From NCBI GenBank assembly GCA_964234715.1, contig OZ174292.1: 64,000 nt of DNA. One strand, given 5' to 3'. The position numbers and the translations under genes were made by a program. This document shows, piece after piece, positions 1 to 13,170 of this stretch. Every line of letters starts with the position of its first letter. Positions within the stretch are counted from its first letter, which is position 1. Source of the stretch: Podarcis melisellensis (lineage: Eukaryota). The notes beneath the pieces were generated by a model that worked only from the letters and a program-made list of their open reading frames with translations, was not told where the DNA came from and made no database searches.

Positions 1-1791
1 GGGGGTACAGGAGGTCAACATCCACAAATATAAACATTTTATTATACGGAAAACTGAAATATGAGTAGTTTCACAACACAGAAAAGCTTATATTTAGAAA
101 ATACTTGTGTATGATTTCACACAATATTATTGTCTAGCAATTGTAGATTTAAAAGTGGAAGGAAACCTAAAATTGTTTCACGCTCAGGTTTAAAACTACA
201 TTCTATAGCTCCATACTTTAACTACTCTGAACACCCAAGTAAGCACAAAAGTGCAGTGACCATGTGTTGAAGATTGATTCATCTGGGATGGTCGATTCTG
301 AAGATTCACTCTAGAGTGAATGTAATGGTTATAAAGATCACACCTTTACACTCCACATTAAGCAACTCCCCTAGGTTTACACCCCTCTCTCATTCTCTGT
401 CTTTCACCTCCCATGACTCTGTCTCAGATTTCTCCTCTCTAAGCAAGCATGGAGAATCAGAGAGAACTGACCAACAGTTTTAAAAAAACAACCCAGTTAA
501 GTTATATTTGCACTGAATTTTGGGGGAAGAAATTTGAGGTGGAGGGGAATCAGTATTTGCATTAAAAAAACCATTTTTGACAGTTTGTTAACTTGAACCT
601 CATTGTACTTATGCAACCAGCAATTATACTTTTGTATCCTGATACACAACTGAGAAGCCACTATTATTTTTACCGGGTCCCGTCCCCCGTCCCCCTTGTA
701 ATTGCTATGTTCTTCCAAAGAGGTCTGGGCTGCACATGGACATTATCATAACAGGACTGGGAGGTAAGTTAGATGGAGACATAGTGACTAGCCCAAGGCC
801 ATCAAGGGATTCATGACTGAGCAATGATATGAATCAAGGTTTTCAAAGTCCAACGTGCATTTCACTACATTCAACTGTCAGGACATGGATTTCAAGTAAA
901 GACAAAATATTTGAATGAGTAATGGATTCTGTGGATGGTCTACGTTTTCACTCTAACATTTTCACTCTAAGGGTAATGAAAATGTAAGCTGTCCATGGGA
1001 TTATATCCCAAAGTCTAGCTTCTAGGAGGGTCACCATGTTGCTCTCCTCCATTTTACAATATAGGATTGAAAGTGAAAGGAATACATCTCGAAATCAGAT
1101 TTTTACTTACAAGAGAATCTAACCCTTTCACTTTCCATTTCACGTATTTGATCTTGCTTATGGAAATTCATTGTGGCCCGTGTCTTCCTTTTATTTCATA
1201 TCTTTAAAGTGTTATAGAACTCACATTCAATGATAACGGACAGCTAATATTAGCATGCCCAATATGAATCCTGTAACCCTGGTGTCCAGAAGAGTACTAT
1301 ATTCTTCTGTTTTGGATGTGCTGCATTAACTGATACTCTGACAACAAAATTCCTAATTTGTACTGTCATTGAAGGAAATTACAGTGGTTCAAGAATTTGG
1401 AAATGGGATGCCTTGCCTCTTTTACTCTAGAAGCATATTTTGAGGCCCTTCCTAACTACTGGGGTGGGGGGAATTATGAAAGGTGCTGCAAACAAGCAAG
1501 GCTGATGGTTCCTCTATTTGTTACATTCTGAAAATGAAGTTTTGCTCCATGTAGGCAGGTTTGTTCTGCCTGGCCATAGTGTAGGGTGTTTTCTGTAGTT
1601 GTGCCCAAAGTCTGGAAGGTTATCCCAGTAATATTCAAGAGACAACTGCACCACTGTCCTCCACACATCAGTATTTGTTCAATAAAATATTTTGAATTAA
1701 CAATGTTTGGCTGCTAATGTAACTGTTAGCTGGATATTTTATATCTTTTAATGGTTCTGTTTTTATATGCTGAAGTATTGAGTCTGGCGTA

Positions 1792-2019
1792 GAGTGGTAC
1801 CTTGGCTTTAGAACTTAATTCATTCTGGAGGTCTGTTCTTAACCTGAAACCGTTCTTAATCTGAGGTACCACTTTAGTTAATGGGGCCTCCCGCTGCCGC
1901 ACGATTTCTGTTCTCATCCTGAAGCAAAGTTCTTAACCCGAGGTACTATTTCTGGGTTAGCAGAGTCTGTAACCTGAAGTGTCTGTAACATGAAGCGTCT
2001 GTAACCCGAGGTACCACTA
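1792..2019 (-). mobile_element. Tc1/mariner/pogo-type MITE, family A (reverse orientation)
   Basis: Degenerate TIRs gagtggtacctt / gaggtaccacta flanked by TA on both sides; body is the reverse complement of the copies at 15773 and 44028. Confidence 0.88.
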
Positions 2020-4290
2020 TATTTGTTTATTTTATTTTATTTTTGTATTGTGCTAAGCCACTTTAGGGGTCATTGGTGCCAATTAATGAGGTATATAAAT
2101 ATCTTAATTAAATAATACCATTAGGCCCTTTGGAAGCTGGAGACGAAACAAATATCAACAAGGCTCATATCACAAGTGGTTTTTCTATACCTCACTAAAG
2201 CCACAATTCTAATGTAAACCTTAAAATATAAATACAACCCGTTTAAAATACAAAGCCTGTACAAGATGTAGTAAAATTTGTTCAGTGATGTTTTGTACAC
2301 AAATCAAAGAGCAAATATTTACAGAAATGGGAGCATAAAACATGCATAATTTCACACCTCTTTTACTTTAGTGAAAATACTGCACACTCGAAGAAAACAT
2401 CATAAATTTGATTAAGCCCCACCTTTCAGCACAAAAAATGAGCTAAATAAATGCTCGGTCAGGGCTTTCAAAGGCAAAGAAAGGGCAGCCATGTCCTCTT
2501 AAAAGGCTGTGGTTACAACCTTATTTCCCCAAATTGCATAAGCAAGTCACTCCATAAGAAAAACAGTGACATTGGAAGGATTTATAGAATCCTTTATTGA
2601 GTCAGGCAGGAGTATGCCAAACCGATTCTGCAATCAACACCCCCTTTTTTGACTTGCAAGGTGTTGGGTAAGCAACCTAGCATGGGAGAAAGTACGCTCA
2701 GTAAAAGTTAATGGATGGAATCCTTCAGATCTATGCAAGCTTTTGACTGATCTTCCTCTAAAAAATTCTCATTTAAACTGTGTAAAAGAAAATACTAAGC
2801 AGAATGCAAATCTGTAATTAACTGCACAAAATTCATTCTGCATGCCTTATACAGCAAGTTACAAATGTGAACTCAAGGCAAGTTTGTCCCACTAATTTCA
2901 ATTACTCTTAACTCTGAAAACATCTAAAGTCATAAGCCCAGAGAAAGCTAAAATTTTTCCTGGCAGTAAGCCTCAATAAACTCAATCATACTTACTTTTG
3001 AATAGGTATGTATAGGATTGTACTGTTAGACACTCTCACGTGGTCAGTATTTCAAAACTGATGCCTACATGGCTTAGGAATTATTTTAAAATATTAAAAA
3101 ATGTTAGTTATGTTTGTAGAACCAAAGAGCCCATGGAGTTTAAAATTGTTACATTTTTCTCCCAATGAAGACGTTGAGGAGTTGTAGAAATTTTAACTGT
3201 TGCCTGTACAGTTTATAACAAGTTATTTCTACAGCAATTCTTATATGAATAATACAAAATATTCATTAGATTTAATAGCAGCTGATATAGAATTTTCTGC
3301 AAGGTTCTTTTCTCAAGTAAGAAACTTAATACCTAAGTATCTCATTTCCACTATTAAGGAACACTAGTGTAGCAACAATAATCAATCCTGCAATTTGAGA
3401 CCAACACCATCCAATTTCAATTTTATATCCTATATTCTTCTACAAGTTAATGCAATTTAGAACTTTAATGCAACATTTATAAACATTTTTCTTCATTAAT
3501 TGTACTTTAGGTTTGGCACAAAGAGAGATGTTTCAGTGGGCTACAGCATGCCTAACTCTGATGGATTTAGGTAAGAATGCACGTTTGTGTGTCATTGCTA
3601 CAGTATCTACACTGCACTGCTTTCAGTGGGACGTCAACTCAAAATGCCTGCCCCATCCATATTATTTCAATACAAGTCACATGTAAATATATTTTAAAAG
3701 CATGATGGCTTGGGTGAATATTTCTAACTAGAGAGATAGCACAATTAAAAATAAAGTGCAAGGGCCTGTTGCGGCAACTAGGAAATTAACATTTTTTAAA
3801 ACTGAATTTTTATCTATGAGCTTTTATAGGTAAGGATGTACAACAGATGCATGATGCAGAAGTTCTGGTCCAATATGCCAAGCTTCAGAAACAAAAGCAT
3901 GAAGGGAAATACAGTAGCTAACATTCAGACATAAACATATCATCTGCATTGAGAACCCCCCTTTCACATAGCCTGCCTCCTACTATAAATATCAAACATA
4001 CGTAAACTAGAACTGGTAATGCTTTTGTCAGAGTATAGTATTCTGTAATACCCTGGCCGTAAAAATATTTAGAAACATCAACAATTTTTAACAAGGCAAC
4101 AATAACCAACCAACCAACTCATGCTCAGAGGAGAAGCACTGAAATCAATGAAACTACTCAAAGTATGACTACCATTGAATATAACCCTCCACATCTGCAC
4201 TTACATCACACTCATATTTCAAACCATATATATTGAAATCACTATGTAGTTAGAGAATATTTGAATCACACAGGATACAATCCAACACGT

Positions 4291-4339
4291 AGAACTGTAG
4301 AGCTGGAAGGGACCCTGAGAGTGATCTAGTCTGGCCCCC
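4291..4339 (-). mobile_element. Short CR1 3' terminus
   Basis: tagaactgtagagctggaagggaccctgagagtgatctagt resembles the reverse complement of the CR1 end at 22718-22766. Confidence 0.6.
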
Positions 4340-4529
4340 AGTAATTGTTTAAATGGAAGTCCTCCTAATTTCAGTGAGAATTAAGTATTGTTAAACTGCT
4401 CCAGAAAAAGCACCTTATAAGAAAAGTAATATCTTGCATTTCAGCAGGTTGGAAACATGAACATCCCATATGGACCAAGTCTATGTATGTTAGCTGAGAA
4501 CTTCCACGGAATTTACTTCCAAGTACTGT

Positions 4530-6330
4530 ATATATGCACAGGATTACAAACTTAATGCTGCTTTTAATAAGATTACAGATAGTTACTGCTGCTGTCTGTC
4601 ACCTGATAATAAAAAGTTAATATATTTGGTATTTTGATATTTACTGGAAAAAAGATAGATTATGGATAAGAGGAAATTCTCAGTGCAGATAATGCAGTGT
4701 TGCTTTACTTGTGCATGTTCGCTATTTACACGTGTGTGACAAGTTTTTCTAACAAAAACTAATAAAAAGCACCCTGAAACAAATCAAGACAAAATAAATT
4801 CAACTTAGTGTACTTATCATATGTTGAATTAATTTCTTCCTTGATTTCTCAATTTAACTGAAAAGCCACTGACAGGTATACATTTTATGAATTAAATGGA
4901 AACCTGTAAAATGCAAGCCTTCCAGGAAATAAACAGCAAAATGATTTTTAAAATGTCAACTAATGCAGCTTTTGTTATCTAGAACTATCTATCACAACTG
5001 AATAAAGAGGTAGAATTTATTGTGAAACCATGTTTTATTTTTAGCATAAATTATCTTTTCATCTGACAATTTTCTCTACCCCAAACTACAAATGACTCTT
5101 TCTTCATAAATTCACATACAAAGTGGAGATAACTAAAGTTTCAAATGAATTTTAATTAGTCAGAAAGACACATTTGGGCATGAGAAGCTTAGAATAAATA
5201 TGATAAAGTCTCCAAATTATACATAATATTATGACTTACATTCTTTAAAATAGATTGTAAATGCTACAACTGGAAAACTCTGAGAGCTAACACACCTTAT
5301 GAAGGCTACAGTCTTTCACACATTTACTTCCAAGCACATCCAACCTAATTCTACAGGACTTACTTCTTAGTAAACATGAATAGGATTGGGTAACAGGATG
5401 GCAAAATACTGTGTACGTTTTCAAAATATTGGGGAGAAATTAGATAAAAGCCATACAACTATTTTAAAGATTCTTTTAAATAAAGCAAACGAAGAAAACC
5501 CCAGACCGCCCTTTTGTAAACATCACCATAATATAACAACAATTAGCAGGCTTATATGTTCAAATGTCGTAGTTCAGACTAGGATAGGCATTGGTGCGAT
5601 TATGAGGAACCAATCTCTGAGTAATTCAGCCAAAAAGCTAAATCATTGCTCTTCTGTAGAATGGGCCTCGTGGACAATAAAGTTTCTTATAATTTCTTTA
5701 AATCGAGGGAAACACACACACACAGTAGTTGTGCTTAATTTCAGCAGCTGCTCTGTGCAGCTCAGATTTAAAAGTAAGCATACTTACATTTTTATTTCAA
5801 AGAAAGGTAGGAGACCAAGCGGAATTTTAATGATCATACACAAAGAAATACAAGCACAAAATTTAAGCACAAAAGAGGTATTGTGCCTTCATGTCTTTTA
5901 GCATACGCATACGAAAACAGCAATTCCTGGTTCACCTTTTTTTTAATGTAAGTGGATTAAAAGTAAGGTTAACAAACTGTCAAAAAGCGTGTTAAATGAT
6001 AGTGTTTGGTGGTTAAAGTCTGATGGCTGTAAAACTCTGTTGGTGGCCATCTTGGGGCGACGGGCTTTGATATGAATGAGAAAAGGCAGGCGATGGGGGA
6101 GGGGGGCTCACTGCATGCATGGAGCAAGGCAATGGGAGGGACTGTGATGCCCTGAAGAAGAAGAAACCCAGCTCCACAGCAAAGAAATATATTGTTAAAA
6201 TATATATTTAGAGAAAAACAATCACATTATACACTGCATGAAACACATTTTTCCAATTGCAATGTCCATAATGATATATAGCACACCACAGGCCTAATAG
6301 ATTTTAGGCCAGGATATATATACTTGTGCA
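4530..6330. promoter_or_regulatory. Candidate conserved non-coding/enhancer block
   Basis: No recognisable TE, AT-rich and complex, TAAT/TGACA motifs, YY1-like CAAGATGGCC at 6045-6054 (minus). Conservation is inferred, not measured. Confidence 0.45.
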
Positions 6331-9300
6331 TGCACATTATTCCTAAGTATGATTTGCTACACGGTTATAACACCTACACAGTTTCATTTTATGCCAGACA
6401 TACTGTACCCGATATATGTGAAGCCTCAAGTAAGTAAATGTTGACCCTGGTTGGTTCCAATGAAGACACCGTATATGTTTTGTTCAATTGCTTTCTACCC
6501 CCATACAGTATTACACTGTATTTTTCATAGGCCATCTTCCAATTGCATTGCAAGGAATCCACGTACATTATACATATTCCCAGATTTTTTAACTTTATGG
6601 AGACAATATTAGCGAGCAGTTAATCCACCCCATATATACACATACTTTTATCAATACTGATAGAGTCAAATAAAAGAAGATGTTTTCTGGGTGGAAAACA
6701 GAAAATTAGAAAGCAAGTTATTTATTAATTGTTAATTGCAATGAATGATTTATTACCAGAAACATGTTACATTACAAAAAAATAGTTCTACTATATTCTG
6801 AAAGGTACGTTAAACATTATTGTTGGGATCCGAAGCTTTTAATCTCCATCCTTCAGACAACAGCCTCCCATGCCCCCTAAGAAGCCGCCCAAAATCACCC
6901 AGAGCAGTATCCTATAAAGAGTTGATACTGGAAGGAAAAATCTACCACTTCCAGGTTCTTCCTCGCCACTGACCCAGATCACTTTGGATCCAAGCTAGCT
7001 TTTAAAAATACCAAAAACATGCACCCCATTACTAACAGTTATCATAGACAGTATTAGTTGGTATTGGGTACATTTCAGAAAATGTAATGGGGGCATTATC
7101 CAAACACCCAGCCACCTCCATGTTAAAGCTTCGTGGGGCCATCTTCTACATGCAAAATTGCAATTCTCTTACTCTTTCCTAAAAGTCAATATATTTGGAG
7201 TCATGAAGGCCAGAAACCATAAGGAGCTTCAAGTTAAGCCTTATCTTCCCAATGAAAATGTGGCAAAGGATACATTTGCAACTCAAAATGTAAAATATTA
7301 ATATGAAGCTTTAATGAGGCATAATTCATGAACCTAGTACAGATAAGGAATTAGTTGTATACCAAACTATACACTTTTACTTCAGTTAAAGTGACTCTGA
7401 ATTTGTGAACTCTTTGGTGCAGTATGTCAGCCATTCTAGGCTTAAGAGCATTTAAAACAACATCTTGATTTTCAAAAAAAATTAAAACAGACACCTGCAA
7501 AATCTACTTTCCAAGGAAAAGCTTTTTTAAAAAAATTGAAAGAGAAATGACAATTTAATATGATTAGTTCTGTAGTACTTTTCATGTATAAACAACTATG
7601 TTATAATTTTTAAAAGGAAATGAATTTGCCAACTTAAAGAAACCATTGCATGCAAAGCAACCAGTTCACCTAGACTACTATTATGAGAAAGCCCAACACT
7701 ACTGAGATATTTAACAAGACATCTGCAGTAAATTAATCAAAACATTGCTTTAAATCTCTCACTCCCTCGTATAATCTCCTGCAATTTCTTCTTTCTGGCA
7801 GGACTTTTGGATACAGAAAAGGCTGACATTATGACACCAGTTTTTTCAAATAGCTAAAATTTCAAAGACCTTAAGCACAAGCAAAACCTAAGAACAACCC
7901 ATAACCATCGGTTACACTATTTACACATCATTATCTGCACTAAAGATAGATGTGAGTGCAATAGTTTCAATGAGTCGATAGATGGCACCCCAATCTCTCA
8001 GTAAATTGGCAAAACGAATAAAATCACCAAGAGCCTTAGCAGTGACAAATATTGTTCTGTTGATCTGAACAAGCATTCACAATGATTAATTAGGGACACT
8101 TTGCTTATGCATGAAAAATTAACCACACATTTTATATAACCCTTTGACAAACATGCATAATAAGTGGGATTAAAAGATTACCTACATGGTATATATTTGT
8201 ACGATATTCAAAATTTGTTCTGTTTATGCAGATTCGATATATACTTCACATTCTGGTTTATTAAGAGACGTTAACAACTAGGCTCAACCAAACTTGTGAC
8301 AAGTGCGGAATAAACTGTTTAGTATTAGTATATGTATGTATCTAAACACAAATACAAATGACTACTTACTTGTGCATCTTTTTTGGGTACCTACTACATT
8401 AAGCATTTCATTACTTTAGCTTTGTTACACTGTATCCTACTGTATCCTACCTGTGCTTTGTTTTTGTTATGTTCTCATATGATTTCTTTTACAGCAATAT
8501 TGAAATAGAAACTTTTAAGGAAATGAAGGTAGACTTTTTAAAACAAAAAACAAAACAAAAGCCAGTTAGTTAACCATGAGATGAATTTTCTGTTGTAGCA
8601 ATGAAGCATCATCAACACTGGAACCCGCAAAGAAAATGTTCTGTAAAGGATTGCCCCAATTTAGGGGAATCCTGTACATACTGCAAACATTACAAGGAAG
8701 TACAGACATTAAGAAAGAAGTTACAAAATTTGTCTAAAATTACTGAATGGTTCTAGTTGTTGCAAACTAGTTACTATGAATTTTTAAGTAAGAATTTCTA
8801 TTTCCTGTTGCCTTGATAAAAATCCCTTTCAAGAAACTGATTAGTACTAAAGGGGACTAAAGAATTTTTTTTTTTTTTAATACTGAAGTAATTTCTCCAT
8901 ATTTAAAGCTCAATTTGACTAAAGATACTGAATAAAAATTTCCTGAAACATAATGAATGGCTTCCACCATATAATGGTTTTTGAAGTTCGCTGATAACTC
9001 AAAGAATATGTGTAAATAAAAAAAGGAAACCACACATATTTACTTATTTTTAAAAAGTATTTTAAACTAAGGAGAAACTGGGAAAGATTTATCATCCTAA
9101 AATGCAAAAAGAAACATACTGGAAAGCACGTGTACCAACAGTATTTCTTTAAATGAAATAACCTAAGAAGATAGATGTTTGCAAGCTTGAGCCTGTTGAC
9201 CACTTAATGATCTGTTGAAAACAAGAATAATCAACTTGAATCTCAGTATTTATATGGACTATGAAGCCAAATATAAACTTGCACAAAGTTTTGGAACACA

Positions 9301-9882
9301 AAACATTTAATCTTGTCGTAAACCAAATGGACAGCCCGCATTTCCCTAGATTCTGTCTGGCTTAACAAGCTTAGTAGGAAGACTGAAGATTATTTATTGT
9401 GCAGCTATTTTTGTAAGTAAAGGCTCCTAAAAAAGGTTCAATTGATAAAACTTATGATAGTTTCCCATTCTATACAAGTTGTAAAAATGTTGTAAAAATC
9501 ATTTTCCTTGGACAATGTGCAAATAGATGCTGGTACTTGGGAATGATCATGATACTTGTAAACAGTACTGTTCTGTGCTTCCATGAGATATTATTATACT
9601 ATTATGTGCTACTGATGAAGTTATAGGCAGCAAAGTGACACGATGCCAACATGAATGATTTCTGTTATATAAACAGTTTTCAAAGAAAACTGTTATATAA
9701 ACTGTTTTCAAAGAAAGTTGGGGGAAGAAGCATAGTATATTCTTGCATTCTTCAGTGCAAAACCTCTTCAGATATTTATTATCTTCCTTCACAAGATTCT
9801 TGTCTATATTTTATGGTCAGCAGTTCACTGAAGAGTAAATAGGCTGGGGGTAGAAGAAAATAAAAAAGGTGTTTCTACTTAC

Positions 9883-9918
9883 TGTTAGGTGATACTGCCT
9901 CCNNNNNNNNNNNNNNNN
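9883..9918 (-). CDS. ZCCHC7: ZCCHC7 short exon carrying the IWRQY motif (only 9883-9902 visible; 5' end inferred)
   Basis: Minus strand GG AGG CAG TAT CAC CTA ACA|gtaagt = (W)RQYHLT followed by a perfect donor, matching recalled human ACTEIWRQYHLT. The 9918 boundary assumes a 36-nt exon and lies in the N gap. Confidence 0.85.
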
Positions 9919-10042
9919 NNNNNNNNNNNNNNNNNNNNNNNNNNNNNNNNNNNNNNNNNNNNNNNNNNNNNNNNNNNNNNNNNNNNNNNNNNNNNNNNNN
10001 NNNNNNNNNNNNNNNNNNNNNNNNNNNNNNNNNNNNNNNNNN
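9903..10042. other. N gap (140 nt). Other gaps: 12123-12406, 12567-12850, 30751-30883, 35251-35494, 39710-39852, 42968-43123
   Basis: Runs of n; all X-rich ORFs in the track are artefacts of these gaps. Confidence 0.99.
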
Positions 10043-12899
10043 GTCTGCATTTCAGCTTCGAAAACCTGGCTAGACAGTTTAATTGAATTTTACACTGGTT
10101 TAACACACTCCCTGCCATTGTCAGAAAGCCAGTAACAGTTTTCTTTTTCCCTTTCTTTTGCTCAAGTTTAGAAGTTTTGAAGACAAGTTCGTAAAGGTCC
10201 TAAAATGCAAATATATGCCAAAGAGTGCTCTAAAAGGGCTTTATCAACATTTAAGATTGGCACTATTATTTGGAAGTTACTTTATAATTTCTTACAATAA
10301 TTCAGAATTCTAAACTATTTTTCTATGTTTGAAGATACCTATAAACAAATCAGAATGTAATCCCTGCATGTTAATCCTAAGCAATGCAAAATGACAAAAT
10401 AAGGAACATAACAAAATGCTTTACTGATTGTATTTTTACAAAAACTTTCATTGCTTTATTTGTTCTCTACTCATACTGTAACTAAACCACAGTATTACAC
10501 TTTGGTAATGAAATAACAAAGGTACCTATTAATAGCTTTTTCAAGCACTGTTCAACTAAAAGAAAATATGTTTTTGTCTTAGTATAGTTTTACCTTAGTG
10601 ACAGAAAGAGGTAAAGTGTTTAAATAGAAGCGTAAGTTTCGTATTTTACACCATAAAGTACTATTAACTTAGCAATCTCCAGTCTTTAATTTTCTTTACT
10701 ATTAGAATCTGTCATGAAAATATTATGCCAGCTTTCTCATTAGATTCATAAAGTAAGTCATATTAGAAGTGAACATAAATTTGCACTAGTTATTCTAGTT
10801 CCCTCCCAGAAATCTCACAGTCTGTATTTTAAGTAATCTTTGTTTTTCAGACTTCACATGTTGTAAGAGAAACTAGAGGTAACATTGAATGCAATTTTTG
10901 GCAAATTAATTACATACAATGTGCCCCTTTGGGATGCAGCTCATATTATAATAACATTCCACATGATACCCTAAAACTGTCTCCTCATTTTACTAAAACT
11001 GCCATTAACTGACTAGTTAAGCAACGGTTCTCATTTTATTCTATAAAAAATACTGCCATGGGCAAACACCAATGAAGTTGAAGTTCTTTATGCAACATTT
11101 CTTATGGCTTGCCGCAGGGATTGTGTAGATTCTTACTACCAGAGTATTACCAGAATATGGTGGTTGTAAAATTGTAGTCAGTAAGAACTGTCATGCAAGA
11201 ATGAAATTTTGCTACTCTATAATCTTCACCTATAGAGCTTACTAAAATATCATTTGGCTCCAGAATAATAACTGTGTCACTCTGAACCTCAACTATTATA
11301 GAATTTATTTGTTTTAATGAGGTATTCATGAAGACAGGACCAAATTTCACTTAAAACCGTGTGCTCATTTTTAGTCTGTGGGCAAAAATATATATAAATG
11401 AAAATTTGCTTGGTATATATATTTAAAATCAAATGGTTACTTGATGTTAAAACAAAACTACAATTGCAGTTATATTCAGTGGTATCAACTTCCATGCAAG
11501 CATGCTTAGGATTGATGTTTGGGGATATTAGAAGTTCTTGAAAAAGGACCCATTAAATATTGAGATGGCTGACTGATGCACAAAGTTTACAGCTAGTTTA
11601 TATCTTTTCCTTATCAATGAATGACAAAAAGCCTAATTAACAATTGCTACAGAATACTGGTTGCTCAAATGAAGCAGAATGGCTTGATATGGAAGAGAGC
11701 ATCACTAAATTCAACAACAATTGAGCTTGTGATTTCTCTTATTTATAAGTATTTAACCATGAATTGCCTTCATTTAGGAAAAGAAAGAAAGAAAACCTCT
11801 GGTGGAATACAGCTACATTAGAAGAATATTGCATTTATTTCCTGGACCAGCAGTCAGACCATTCTAACATTTAGATGTACAAACATGAAATGCCAATTCT
11901 CCAAAGAGGCCACTCCACTTTTTACAACAAATTCACTTTTAAATCTTTTTAGTATGGGCAGCATAGCTTTATTCTTAACTTGTGCAAAATTGATGTGTGT
12001 CCCCTTCACTTATCCTATCAGTAACTAGGAGTGATGAGTATTCATAAAAAAATAAAACACAAATCAACCCACTTTGCCACACCAGATGAATCAAGAGTTT
12101 ATATTGTTCCGTTTGACCCATANNNNNNNNNNNNNNNNNNNNNNNNNNNNNNNNNNNNNNNNNNNNNNNNNNNNNNNNNNNNNNNNNNNNNNNNNNNNNN
12201 NNNNNNNNNNNNNNNNNNNNNNNNNNNNNNNNNNNNNNNNNNNNNNNNNNNNNNNNNNNNNNNNNNNNNNNNNNNNNNNNNNNNNNNNNNNNNNNNNNNN
12301 NNNNNNNNNNNNNNNNNNNNNNNNNNNNNNNNNNNNNNNNNNNNNNNNNNNNNNNNNNNNNNNNNNNNNNNNNNNNNNNNNNNNNNNNNNNNNNNNNNNN
12401 NNNNNNAACCCTTGAACACAACCCTGCTGGGAACACAACACAGGAGAAAGGATTAGCCTTACTAACATGCTAGCATTTGCAAAAGTGAAGGGGGGAAAAA
12501 AACAACCCTCAACCAAGACTGTATTTGGTATATGAATAACCAAAATGTGTGAGCTGACAAGAGACCNNNNNNNNNNNNNNNNNNNNNNNNNNNNNNNNNN
12601 NNNNNNNNNNNNNNNNNNNNNNNNNNNNNNNNNNNNNNNNNNNNNNNNNNNNNNNNNNNNNNNNNNNNNNNNNNNNNNNNNNNNNNNNNNNNNNNNNNNN
12701 NNNNNNNNNNNNNNNNNNNNNNNNNNNNNNNNNNNNNNNNNNNNNNNNNNNNNNNNNNNNNNNNNNNNNNNNNNNNNNNNNNNNNNNNNNNNNNNNNNNN
12801 NNNNNNNNNNNNNNNNNNNNNNNNNNNNNNNNNNNNNNNNNNNNNNNNNNCCCAAGAGACTTGGGTCCCTGCTGGCACAACTACTCATCTCACAAAAAT

Positions 12900-13170
12900 C
12901 CTTCAGCTCCAAGTCAGTTATGGCCTGACACGATGACTACAATTACTAAACACAACTTTTTAACAGAATTCTCTGGTGCTTTGTCAAAGCTGCTGCTGGG
13001 AGCTGCCCCATTGCAAGCCATCGCAGCAAACAAAAGATTTAATGGCACAAGTCATATTAATTAACTGTATGACAGTTAACAGAAAAGGAGCTGATTAAAC
13101 CTATCGATAAAAACATTTAGTGACTCTCTTATCAACAGCTCGCCCCACATGACCCTTCCTCAACTAACGT
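12900..13170. promoter_or_regulatory. Candidate conserved non-coding/enhancer element
   Basis: Dense cluster of ATTAATTAA, TGACAG, TGATTAA and ATCGAT motifs in unique-looking sequence. Confidence 0.45.

Noticed and set aside
1110-1202. Possible next ZCCHC7 exon (ag...gtaagt on the minus strand)
   Set aside because: Stops in all three frames, weak pyrimidine tract and no knuckle-5 motif; the next true exon probably lies beyond the window start.
5386-5901. 171-aa plus-strand ORF antisense to ZCCHC7
   Set aside because: Track start is a TTG, there is no recognisable domain, it runs through a (CA)n tract and overlaps a putative non-coding element; most likely chance.
7973-7991. CTCF-like motif gtcgatagatggcacc
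   Set aside because: Two mismatches in the core; not supportable without ChIP data.
8576-8640. Possible cryptic minus-strand exon after cctttacag
   Set aside because: Poor donor (gttaac) and no similarity to ZCCHC7.
11975-12928. Long X-containing ORFs here and at the other gaps
   Set aside because: Artefacts of translating N runs.
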